From Eledone cirrhosa (Eukaryota), in NCBI GenBank assembly GCA_964016885.1, contig OZ024743.1:241490001-241554000 (forward strand): a stretch of 64,000 nucleotides of DNA, read 5' to 3'. Positions 15,641 through 27,051 of the stretch are shown here, in pieces; position 1 is the first letter of the stretch, and each line of letters starts with the position of its first letter. The notes under the pieces were generated by a model that was not told where the DNA came from, did no database searches, and saw nothing but the letters and a program-made list of their open reading frames with translations. The translations under genes and the position numbers were made by a program.

Positions 15641-16169
15641 ACTCTGACAGCAGCACCAATAATACCTCTATCAGTACCACCCCGACCACTACAAACAACA
15701 ACAATAACACTAATAACAACAACTACCACCATCACCACTACCACCAACACCACCATCACGAACACCACCCACGATCAGCACTACTATCAGCACCAAATCC
15801 AACACCATCATCAACATCACCATCGCCACCATCAACAATACCACCATCAACGTGCAAGTTACCAACTCAACCACCAACACTACTACCATCAAAACCACGA
15901 GTCTAAACAACGCTAATACCATCACCGCAAGTCCCCACCAACGTCCCCACCATCACCGCAAGTCCCCACCAACGTCCCCACCATCACCGCAAGTCCCCAC
16001 CAACGCCCCACCATCACCGCATGTCCCCACCACTACCACAGACTATCCACCCATCAACATCCAGCCTTCTAATATTTTCCGCCTCATTGAGTCAATATCA
16101 AAACCGAGTCAAATCAACCGGAACATATATGAACTTGTCTATCAATGTTACATAAAAGCTTACCCTCTA

Positions 16170-16730
16170 CAACACACACACGCGCATATGCACATACATA
16201 CACACGCACGCATACACACATGCATACATACACATTCACATATACATATAATCATACACACATACATGCACATATACATACACACTTACATACATACACA
16301 ACACATATACATATATACGTACACACATACATACACATATGCATGCATACATACATACATACACACTTCCATAGGTACACAAATACAAACATACACACAT
16401 GCATACATATATACATACATACATACATACAAACATCCACACATACATACATACACACATACACACTTCCATAGGTACACAAATACAAACACCCACACAT
16501 ACATACACACACATACATACACATACACATACACACATCCACACTTCCATAGGTACACAAATGCAAACACCCACACATACATACATACATACATACATAC
16601 ATACATACATACAAGCCTACATAATCATATCACGCTCACATGCATAAACACACACATATATATATATATGTACACATAGAATATTCCCTTTCACACGCGC
16701 ATACACACACATATCCATACAAACACACAG
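16170..16730 (+). repeat. (CA)n/(CATA)n compound microsatellite with three copies of an embedded motif
   Basis: cacacttccataggtacacaaat occurs three times (about 16362, 16462 and 16540). Confidence 0.85.
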
Positions 16731-17200
16731 TGGCTGCCAACTCGTTTTCGAGTACGGCCACTACTTTATATCCATGTAGGAGAACCCTACCGATGCGCTA
16801 ACGTGTGTGACATTTTAGTCCAGCCAGCGACTTGAAAACTCTGGTACAAACACTACACCTGTGACAATTATTTACACATAGTGCTAGGCCCATGGTACCA
16901 TGTGACGACAAGTGCAGAGAGATCTCCAGATATAAAGCAATGCCTGTGCCGTGAAGCTTTTATAGTGAGCAAAGGCACTGCACAAAGCCAGTCCCACTCT
17001 CTTAACCAAGATGATATTTACCAAAAAGAAGAACAAGTCAACATCATTGGATACCATCAGGGTTGCAGGTGTTATATCAGAGTTTTCCTTCTCCTAGAAT
17101 TCTGCCTTGACAAAGGCTAAGGGGTCATCTCTCCCGGTGATTTTGGATGGCCATTGACTCTTAAGAGCTCCTTTGCCCTTTGACATACATACATACATAT
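16728..17200 (-). mobile_element. Internally deleted (bipartite) RTE-derived non-autonomous element
   Basis: The minus-strand 3' part encodes the C2H2-like finger CSVCTRVFKSLAGLKCHTR and ends ...gtactcgaaaacgagttggcagcca. The 5' part has ctaggagaaggaaaactctga, a motif I associate from memory with RTE 5' regions. Confidence 0.6.
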
Positions 17201-18119
17201 GCCCTTTGACATACATACATACATACATACATACATACATACATACATACATACATACATACATACACGCACACATATGCATAGACACACACATATAGAC
17301 ACAGTTACATATATACACACCATATTCCCTTACACAAATATACTCATATATATACACACCTATACACACAATATTTCCTCCCACGCACACTGGCTTATAC
17401 AAATACATACGCACACTATTCCTTGCCATACACACACATACTAAAGGCACAATATTGTTAGAGTGACACACATTTACATATATGTACACACACATATAAA
17501 CACTCACATACTTGTATAGAAACACACTCATAATTACACACACAAACACACACACACATACACCACTAATACAGACACAATATTCCCACACTGACACATT
17601 TATTTATATATACATACACATATAAACACACACATATACACACACAACTACGACAGACACAATATTCACACTGGCACATACTTACATATATGTACATGCA
17701 CAAATACACACACACATTTACACATACATACACACACACACAAGAACCTGTCCCTTTGTGTACTCATTTATTTCCAAATTCTGCTTCGAAGAATCGAGAC
17801 GTATCTGAGGATCTTGCGATTTCAGAGTCAGACTCGATCATTACATCGATCGTGTCTCGCGCTGGTCGCTAGAGGAACGATTGTAATATGTCTCATAAAT
17901 TTTAATTCGTCGCACCAATGATTCTCCGTTTCTTATGTGATATTATACTCTGCTCTGTAAGAGCATCGAGTGCTCAAACGGCCTACCTCATACGGACGCT
18001 TTAAGCATCCCAAACCAATTATATATATATATATATATAAAAGGATCGATCGACTTTCGTTAAATCGAACCGAGGCAACAATGTTTCAGTCGGTCTTTCC
18101 AGTTGCTAGTACTATCTAT

Positions 18120-18260
18120 CGGTCGCAGCTCCAGGTAGAAGGAGCAACGTGAAATAAAGTGTATTGCTCAAGGACATAACGCATCGCCCGGTCCAAGAAT
18201 CGAACTCACAACCTCAAGATTGTGAATCCAATTCTCTAACCACTCAGCCACACGCCTTCA
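18120..18260 (-). mobile_element. SINE family 2 fragment
   Basis: Reverse complement reads ggcgtgtggctgagtggttag...GAGTTCGATTC...atgtccttgagcaatacactttatttc. Confidence 0.75.
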
Positions 18261-18565
18261 CATATATATATACAGTTGAAAATTGCAAACTTGACTGTCA
18301 CTACTGAATATGAAGCTGAAGATTGCGAAAACATGAAAGTACTTGTTCAATTAACACTCAACACAATATTGTGTCTGTATTAGTGGTGTATGTGTGTGTA
18401 ATTATGAGTGTGTTTCTATACAAGTATGTGAGTGTTTATATGTGTGTGTACATATATGTAAATGTGTGTCACTCTAACAATATTCTACCATACTATTTCA
18501 TTATACTATCATTATAATTTTAAAGGATTGTAAATAAAACGAGTAAATCAGACAAAGTTGGAATT

Positions 18566-18639
<74 letters not shown>

Positions 18640-18649
18640 GGGGAGAAAA

Positions 18650-18835
18650 AAAATGAAATTTCATTTCTGACTCTTAGTACGGATGATACTTAAATATAAG
18701 TATGTATACGTACATACATATATGTATACAGACGTACAGTAGTATGTATATACATACATACATGCACAGATATATAAACGTATGGGTTTACTGAACATTT
18801 ATTATAATGCTCGGTTTGTTTGTAAATAAACAGCG
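18650..18835 (-). mobile_element. Fragment of the ~446-bp hammerhead element, spanning its end-to-start junction
   Basis: The reverse complement matches 22530-22692 and continues directly into 22243-22290. Confidence 0.7.
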
Positions 18836-18918
18836 GTACATCTATCTAGATTATATTTTAACCTGTAATCAATATTTCATTTCTGCATATACATATATAT
18901 ATAAATATGTGTGTATAT

Positions 18919-18982
<64 letters not shown>

Positions 18983-19052
18983 CGTAAAATAAGAAAATCT
19001 TTTTAAAAAAATTTTTTTTTTTTTTCATTTTTACTTACTTACTTAAATTTTC

Positions 19053-19134
19053 ACTCCAACTAATTAGTTTCTGCAATGGGATAATGACAGTTACGTAATC
19101 TAACTGTCGAGAATTCATTGCGTCATCAGGGAGT
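19053..19134 (-). ncRNA. Type I hammerhead ribozyme fold (copy 1)
   Basis: Reverse complement: actcc-CTGATGA-c-gcaatg...cattgc-a-GAAA-c-taatta-GTT-ggagt. It has a 5-bp stem I and a palindromic stem III. Confidence 0.75.
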
Positions 19135-19619
19135 CTATTCTCAGCTAAGTCTCCAGGCAATGCGTGGACACTGGCGGCTCATATAAAAATAATAATAATT
19201 CGGTAGATGGAACAGCTAGCGAGGACTGAATTTCCATGCACTGAAATCCTCACTGCCTCTAGTCAAATGGCCGATTCTAAAGAATCAATCACGTGACACA
19301 GAGGCTAGTCAGAAGGAATGGGATGGTAAGATGACAGACGCCTACTAACACCCCCCCCCCCCCATTTTTTTTTTTAGAAGTGGTTTTGGCAGGTTTGCTC
19401 GACAAATCAGTGATTTGGAGATAAATATAGATAATTTAATATATCAACTAACATAAGCGCACAGATGCACGCCTATGCCAGCAAATACACAGGTTATGTC
19501 ATAGTACCTAGGTGGTTCAATGCAGGAGGATGCAGAACAATAATATAAAAGACGTAAATAAGAAAATCTTTTTAAAAAAAAATTTTTTTTTTAATTTTTA
19601 CTTACTTACTTAAATTTTC

Positions 19620-19693
19620 ACTCCAACTAATTAGTTTCTGCAATGGGATAAAGACAGTTCCGTAATCTAACTGTCGAGAATTCATCAGGGAGT
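19620..19693 (-). ncRNA. Hammerhead ribozyme copy 2, stem II disrupted
   Basis: Same as copy 1 except for an 8-nt deletion that removes the 5' arm of stem II. Confidence 0.55.
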
Positions 19694-19997
19694 CTATTCT
19701 CAGCTAAGTCTCCAGGCAATGCGCGGACACTGGCGGCTCATATAAAAATAATAATAATTCGGTAGATGGAACAGCTAGCGAGGACTGAATTCCATGCACT
19801 GAAATCCTCACTGCCTCTAGTCAAATGGCCGATTCTAAAGAATCAATCACGTGACACAGAGGCCATTTGACTAGAGGCAGTGAGGATTTCAGTGCATGGA
19901 ATTCAGTCCTCGCTAGCTGTTCCATCTACCGAATTATTATTATTTTTATATGAGCCGCCAGTGTCCGCGCATTGCCTAGAGACTTAGCTGAGAATAG

Positions 19998-20079
19998 ACT
20001 CCCTGATGACGCAATGAATTCTCGACAGTTAGATTACGTAACTGTCTTTATCCCATTGCAGAAACTAATTAGTTGGAGT
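19998..20079 (+). ncRNA. Type I hammerhead ribozyme fold (inverted copy)
   Basis: ACTCC 19998, CTGATGA 20003, stem II GCAATG/CATTGC with inner hairpin GACAGTT/AACTGTC, GAAA 20061, C-TAATTA-G-T-T, GGAGT 20075. There is a C.A mismatch at the base of stem II. Confidence 0.75.
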
Positions 20080-21079
20080 GAAAATTTAAGTAAGTGAGTA
20101 AAAATTAAAAAAAAAAATTTTTTTTAAAAAGATTTTCTTATTTTACGTCTTTTATATTATTGTTCTGCATCCTCCTGCATTGAACCACCTAGGTACTATG
20201 ACATAACCTGTGTATTTGCTGGCATAGGCGTGCATCTGTGCGCTTATGTTAGTTGATATATTAAATTATCTCTATATATATATATATGTATATACAGAAA
20301 TGAAATATTGATTACAGGTTAAAATATAATCTAGAAAGTGAGAAACAAAACGAGGATGTAGATTATGGAACACCAAAATGATTTAGAAATCGACCTCAAG
20401 TAGGAGCAATAACATTAATAAAGACATGAACAAAACTACACCATTTTGTTTTGAAAATGTTGAAAGTAGGTTTAAAAGTATGAATTTTCATAAGATTTTC
20501 GTAGTTGTCTCAGTGGACTAGCCGTAGGTTCTAGAGACGGTCGAGATTCTTGCCTTGGGTACAATCCTGGTCAAGAGGTGCATGTAATCTTTTTCGGTTT
20601 GTATTTATGTCCCAATAACTTTTTTTTCAGTTATTGCTCGCACCAACCAGAGGTATAGCCAGTCACTCTCTCTCTCAGCTGGCCTCTTCCTCATCCTTTC
20701 ACTCAGTCACTCTCTGGTTCTCCCCCTCTCTCACTTCCTCCCGTTTGACCTGTGTGAAATCCTTTTCTCGCTCACATCTCGCCCAGGTCGGATGGCTTTA
20801 CCTCTCGTCTATGATTTCACCGAGCTTAAGTTCATAGATATCACGGGCTTGTCTCTTCTCTTCCCCTCTTTCCGTTACATTACCATCAATGTTTGTTTAC
20901 ATATCTTGCTCTCTTCACCCTATTGTACGTGTCCCAATAACTTTCTTTAGTTATTGCTCGTACCAACCAGAGGTGTATGATCTTTAAAGCGAAGAAATAC
21001 CAATGAAGGTTGGAAGATCACTGATGAAGGACTAAGCTTATTGATATGTAACCCATGTGCAACCACGCAGCACGTCATT

Positions 21080-21146
<67 letters not shown>

Positions 21147-21266
21147 GGGAAGTAAGGATTCTATACAAAACAGTGGATATAGAGAAAAGGTGAAATTGGA
21201 AATAGCACGGAAAATATATTTACGGATCTGTTTTTCTTTTTTGATTCGTCAAAGTGACATTATTGA

Positions 21267-21449
21267 GGTAGTATCGGTAGAGGGTCGGACGCCATGCTTT
21301 GAAGCATAGAGTTACCTCCCTTTATGATCTGAGTTCAAATCCCGCCGAGGTTAACTTTGCCTTGCATCCTTACGGGGTCGATAAAATAAAGTACCAGTAA
21401 TGCACTGGGATAATTGGTGGCCTTGTGCCAAAAGTAGAAACAATTATTG
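21267..21449 (+). mobile_element. SINE family 1 copy
   Basis: Colinear with 705-890. B-box GAGTTCAAATCCC. Confidence 0.85.
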
Positions 21450-21891
21450 ATAAGATAACATTATTGAAAAAATGAGAGGGACAATCTTTTGAAAAAAGTT
21501 TTATAATGTATATAAAGTATATAAAGTATTTCCGGTTTCGATGTATTATTAAAATTCATCTTATCAAATGTTGAGTATTGAAATAAAAATTAAAAAGAAT
21601 TAATAGGAGTTAAAAACTAAAAATTAAGGATTTAAAATTAAAATCAAATGTTTGGAGTAAGTTTTCTTCCATCCTTCTTGATCAAAATTTGGTGGTAAGA
21701 GAAGGTAGCAGTAACTGTGATTCTTCACAGAAGAAAGTTGTTTTTTGAGAATATCTTGTGTGTTAATTGAGTAGTCAATAGTTGAAAAGAGGATGGGGGA
21801 TTGTAAGTTAGAGGTAAGTTCTGTAGAAGCAGCAGGAGTGTAGGAGAAATTTTATTATTGGAATGTGGTTTTAGAGAGTGTGTGTATATAT

Positions 21892-22066
21892 GTAAGGATG
21901 AAAGGCAAAGTTAACTTCGGCGGGATTTGAACTCAAATTTATAGTCTGAGTTCAAATCCCGCCGAGGTTAACTTTGCCTTTCATCCTTACGGGGTCGATA
22001 AAGTAAAGTACCAGTAATACAATTGGATAATTGCTGGCATTGTGCCAAAAGTAGAAACAATTATTG
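21892..22066 (+). mobile_element. SINE family 1 copy, 5'-truncated with a fold-back inversion and a long TSD
   Basis: 21892-21936 is the reverse complement of 21948-21990. The flanking direct repeat attattggaatgtggttttag(a/g)gagtgtgtgtatatat occurs at about 21854 and 22060. Confidence 0.85.
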
Positions 22067-22197
22067 GAATGTGGTTTTAGGGAGTGTGTGTATATATATG
22101 TATAGGAAAATGTTCAAGAACCCGACTGCAAGGCTCAAGCCATTTCGACGGCTATTTCTGGACTTAATTAGATTTATATATATATATATATATATAT

Positions 22198-22687
22198 ATA
22201 AATGGAATAGAATGAAACGAAATTTCATTTCTCACTCTTACATTTAAGTAAGTGCCGAACTAAGAGTGAGAAATGAAATTTCGTTTCATTCTATTCCATT
22301 TATCGTTTTCGGTGCGCCTGGCCGACTGAACTCACTCGATATGCAAATTAGGCTGCTCAGCCGTTAATTTTCATAAGGAAAGTATATACTTTCGAACGTT
22401 CAACCATCTGGCAGAAAGGTATACGGTGCTGACGATAGCTAACAAGCTTGAAACAAGTACATCGTTCCTGTGTCAGTGTTGAACAAAAACGTGACGTTGT
22501 TGCCTGAACACTGTACGGCGTAAATCAGGCTGTCGGTTTGTTTACAAACGAACAAAGCGAACATTATAATAAATGTTCGGTAAACTGATACGTGTATATA
22601 TATATGCGTGCCTGTATATATATATATATATATATATATACATGCTACTGTACGTCTGTATATATATATGTGTGTACGTATACATAC

Positions 22688-22692
<5 letters not shown>
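22198..22692 (+). mobile_element. Unit-length ~446-bp hammerhead element with a 43-bp 5' inverted repeat, embedded in (TA)n
   Basis: Inverted arms at 22198-22240 and 22261-22303. Terminal redundancy tacattta at 22239 and 22685. Hammerhead fold at 22424. Confidence 0.7.
22424..22464 (+). ncRNA. Minimal type I hammerhead ribozyme fold
   Basis: CGGTG-CTGACGA-T-AGCT-aaca-AGCT-T-GAAA-C-aa-GTA-CATCG: 5-bp stem I (one G-U pair), 4-bp stem II, rudimentary stem III and a GUA cleavage triplet. Confidence 0.8.
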
Positions 22693-22757
<65 letters not shown>

Positions 22758-22854
22758 ATAGTAATAATAATAAATTTGAAGACTAAAATCCAAAGAGGGC
22801 TCGATAAGGATAAATATATATCAAATATATAAGAACCGTAGAGGAAATATTTAT

Positions 22855-25094
22855 TAAAATAACAGTTTAAAGTTTAAGCAAAGAATCGCTGCTTTCGCCC
22901 TTAACGGGATCTTCTGAAACTAACAAAGTCAATCTGTAAACGCAGAAGTGGATATTTCAAAAAACGTTGCAACCGGAGGAAGACAGGAAGATGATACTTT
23001 GGTTCGTGGAAACGTTCGCTGGCAAAGAACGGGAAAAAACGAATATAATACGTCATTAATAGGAGCGGAGAAAAACAATTACGCGCAAAGACAGAACCAC
23101 GTTAATGGTATAAAAGAGGTCGTAGACTAGTGTTCTCTTAGGTGGTTCATAGAGACGTTTTCTCGCAATGAACGAAAAAAACGAAGATAATACGTCATAT
23201 GTGGAGCGTGGAGAACAATTGCACGCAAAGACAAAACCACGTAAATGGTATAGCAGAAGTTGTAGACTAAAATTCCAACTAGGAGACCGAATGAATCTCC
23301 GCGTCAGCGTTAAGAACAAAGTAAATAAATACAATACAGAAGTAATAGAAATTAAATAAATACATACACGCATACAAATACGTACATACACAAGCATACG
23401 CGAAAACACTTACCATAGGTATACAAAACCACGCACATATAAATATCTGTGTGTGTGTGTATGCGTGTATACAAATAAATAAATAATTAAATAAACGTAT
23501 ATAAATAAATAAATACGTATATAACAAGCGCACGCACATACATACATGTAAATACACAAATGTTACACAAATGTTCGGAGACGTAAGTCAACCAAAACAT
23601 GAAGTACACATATACACACATCCTACATACGTACGAACCTGCATACTCACACAGACGCAAAACTCCCGTATACACATAACCAAACCATATGTACCAGAAT
23701 ATATAAAATTATACGCCATAACATATACAATCAAATATACGTACGAGAAAGTATACGTACTTTCACAAAACATACAGGTAATATATACTTACCTATGCAA
23801 ATAAGTAATGGTATAAACAAAACATATACTTAGCTACCACATCAAGACGTAAAATATCCACGTATAGATCGTACTATCCGTTAGGGTATAGCGTGGGGCT
23901 GTAATACAGGAAAGGTTTGTGCAATTTATGTTTACAAGCCGAAATTGCCTCAGATTTTTTGTTTAAGATGTGGTCTGTGGCGTAGAGTATTTCCAGGGCC
24001 TCAGCGGCGCAGAGGTCACATGGTCTTTTATTTCCGTTATACGATCTAGCTCTAGCTAGGATCTCCCAGTGTAACTTATATTGGGTGTGGTTGTCTTTTA
24101 GACTCCAGATATAAGCTGAAAATGACGTCATATTACTTCTTAGAGGTTAACGAAAAGAATGGGTATGCATATAAAGACGCTGCTTGAATATATTGGCAGT
24201 TAACCCTATGTAGGCCCTACGGGACGTGGGTGTTTCAACCTTACATGTGTAGACAATGTTACTAGAGAGGCATTTCCCGGATAGGGGGCAATCAACCCGA
24301 TTCCTACAATTACAGTTAGTACTAACTACAGGGTTGCACGTGTTCCTACGGCTAGGTAGTTTAGCTAAATTTGAAGCTGTGATGTTATGTGCAAGGTTAG
24401 GAGTCGTAGGGTAAGAAATTCTAATAGTATTTCTATTAAAAATGTTACTATATTTATGTGTAGGGGGAAAATGCTTCGTAATAAGGGAAAGAAAGATCTT
24501 AGCTACTGGTGTGGCCACCTCCATATTATATGGTGGGTTATACCAACAAATTCGACGGGATCTATTTCTTCTAGGTCTATTTTCATACTCTATATATGCT
24601 ACCTTATCGACAAATCCACTCCGAGCAAGAGCTTCGTTGTAATAAGTGGAATGGTCGTTGAAAATATGCTCGTTAGTAGATAGACGGGAAAGCCTCAACG
24701 AAACGTTTCTTACCAGGTTCTTGGTTATGCTGGCAGGATGGTTGGAATGCTTACTTATGTAATTAAGCGTATCATTCGGCTTTCTATACGGGTAATACAA
24801 CCCATTCAATAAATTGAGGGTAACGTGGAAGTAATTAACGACCGAGAGATTGGCCTCAACCTGTATAGAGAGGTTGAAGCCTTTAAAGAAGGCTGTGAGT
24901 TCTTTTCTGAACGTGTCGCAAGCACAAGGTCCGCACTTAGTCATGGTCAAAAGACCATCATCACGGTACAAACCACCGCCCGCGTTTTTTGAAATATCCG
25001 CTTCTGCGTTTACAGATTGACTTTGTTAGTTTCAGAACATCCCGTTAAGGGTGAAAGCAGTGATTCTTTGCTTAAACTTTAATCTGTTATTTTA

Positions 25095-25095
<1 letters not shown>
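22855..25095 (-). mobile_element. 5'-truncated Penelope-like element (Naiad-like) with an inverted copy of its 3' tail
   Basis: The RT-GIY-YIG ORF lies inside. Segment 24983-25095 is the reverse complement of about 22855-22967. (TA)n on both flanks. Confidence 0.85.
23874..24982 (-). pseudogene. PLE polyprotein C-terminal part: RT C-terminus plus GIY-YIG endonuclease
   Basis: GLYRDDGL (RT catalytic motif), SNHPASI, WYNPPY, CNCRNRVDCPLSGKC, NIVYTC..AYIGLT..FKQR and CDLCAAE. The two track ORFs are in the same frame, separated by one TAA at 24147. Confidence 0.9.
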
Positions 25096-25186
<91 letters not shown>

Positions 25187-25463
25187 TAGGGGTGTATATA
25201 TAACAATACACACATGTGTTTGTGGTGGGGGGGGGGGGGTTCAACCTGTCTGTCACAGATCACTTTGTGGTGGGAAATTAATAAAATTTGTTTCTTCAAA
25301 ATTCAGAAAATTGTCCAAAATTAAAAACTAAAGTCCAACGGATTCTTTGATTCCCAAAATTTTAAAGTTAAACATTTTTTTTTTTTAATTCTTTAAAATA
25401 AGCCAAATTAGAGTATCAGTAGCAGTAACTTCTGCAATGAGTAATTTTTTCTCTAATTTTGTG

Positions 25464-25507
<44 letters not shown>

Positions 25508-25639
25508 TGGAAGGTAATACCCGTAGTGGTAAAGCACTCAGTCCAAGGGACGAGTTAGGTGGAAGTGGTTACACAACAGTTAGTTCATTATACTATACAG
25601 GGAAGTTTAATGGGGGCAGCGGCCTGCTCGCCACTCCAA

Positions 25640-26556
25640 GTAGCAAACTAAAAATCAACCCTAGAATAGGAATGAGAAATGGGATGACAAATAACAAATC
25701 CCCAGGTAATAATAGTCCTAGGAAGGCCCCTACCAACTCCACTAGAACCCCTAGAAGGAATAGACCTAGAAATATCACCTGGCTTAACCCCCCTATTCTC
25801 ATCTAATCTAGCCACTAATATCCCTAAACGCTTCTCCTCTATCCTATCTAAACATTTCCCCCAACCATAGATATTATAAACTCTTTAATAAAAATAACAA
25901 TGAAATCTCATTCTCCACAACACCTAACCTAGCTAGCCACATCGCATTCAGTAACCATCATAAACTAAGACAGTATAACTCCCACACCGCGGCAAAACCA
26001 CCCCTATCAAATACACCACGCCACTACACCAATAATTACTCTTGTAGCACACCTCCCCCATCTAATCCTTCTAGCACTGACCAACCGCTTAGGTTAAACT
26101 ACCCTACTCTGACTAACCGCAGAAGGAACTGCAACTGCCGTTACACTAATGCATGCCCATTAAATAGACACTGCCTGACACCCAACATAGTCTATAGATG
26201 CACGGTTAAAACTGCTCCGAATACCAGCTCTTATATCGGGTCTACCTCTAACCCTTTTAAGGTACGATATAACGCGCACTCTTTTTCCTTCCGAGACTCT
26301 AGCAACAGATGTTCGACATCTCTAGCTAGGCTCATTAAAAACCTTAAGCAACATTGAACACTTACTAAAATGGGATATCGTAGCTAGGGCCCAACCGTTC
26401 AATGGACGAAGAAATTCTTGTGATCTCTGTATTACCGAAGCATATTACATAACTCTATCACGACCTCTACCGATTAACGATAGAACGGAGGTAACTATTA
26501 GCTGTCAACATCGAAGGGCTAATTCCTTCGCCAATAGAATATTAGACCCAACATAG
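25640..26556 (+). pseudogene. Second PLE (Naiad-like) GIY-YIG region, frameshifted
   Basis: RRNRPRNITWLNPP, CNCRYTNACPLNRHC, NIVYRC..SYIGST..FKVRY and KWDIVARAQPFNG..CDLCITEA. Homologous to 23874-24982. Confidence 0.85.
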
Positions 26557-26932
26557 TCATCTAGCCCCATTTTTACTTGTAGCTAATAAGTTAAATAGCT
26601 ATAACTAACTTAGATAATTATAAGTTACCTCCCCTACATTGTCTTTCAATTAAAAAAATTAAAAATTTGCACTTAACTATAAACTACCCACAATTTCTAA
26701 ACTCGAGGAGTTACTTCTCCTGAAACCACCCTCTAATTAGTAAGGTAAATATGACCTTTGGCGGCCATCTTGTTACCCATAGGCAGATCTCACACAATGC
26801 AGCCTCGACAGATGAATACTACTTGATTATGGCTGACAATTGATACAACCAGGACGCCATAGTGAAATACCAATATATGGAACATTACATTATGTAACAT
26901 TCTCTCTTTATTTTAATTTATATTCCTTTGCA

Positions 26933-27051
26933 GTTCCGATGAGCCGCTCTGTTTGTAAATATGTTAATTATTTTCAACTGAACCAGATCAATAATGATAT
27001 ATAGTCATCTGATCCAGAAATATTATATGGAGTAGCGAAACAATTGTAAAC
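26933..27051 (+). ncRNA. Hammerhead ribozyme fold in the 3' pLTR region of the PLE (core variant CCGATGA)
   Basis: GTT-CCGATGA-GCCGCTC...GAGTAGC-GAAA-CAATTG-TA-AAC: palindromic stem III, GUA site and a long stem II insertion. Confidence 0.65.

Larger units (their letters stand above)
18977..20271 (-). mobile_element. Non-coding tandem ~570-bp hammerhead-bearing element (retrozyme-like or PLE pseudo-LTR) with a 5' inverted copy
   Basis: Direct repeats start at 18977 and 19547. Segment 19861-20271 is the reverse complement of about 19429-19830. (TA)n lies on both sides and no ORF is listed here. Confidence 0.8.

Noticed and set aside
9649-15768. 2039-aa Gly/Val-rich ORF (and a Pro/Thr-rich open frame on the + strand) as a structural protein
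   Set aside because: Triplet-slippage array that is open in several frames at once, with almost no synonymous codon variation and no signal peptide or unique domain.
16145-17597. His/Thr/Tyr- and Cys/Val-rich ORFs here and at 27.7-28.4, 55.6-58.1 and 60.4-61.3 kb
   Set aside because: They are translations of CA/TA/TATG microsatellites.
24129-24149. Possible selenocysteine read-through in the Naiad-like ORF
   Set aside because: The in-frame stop is TAA, not TGA, so an ordinary nonsense mutation is the simplest reading.
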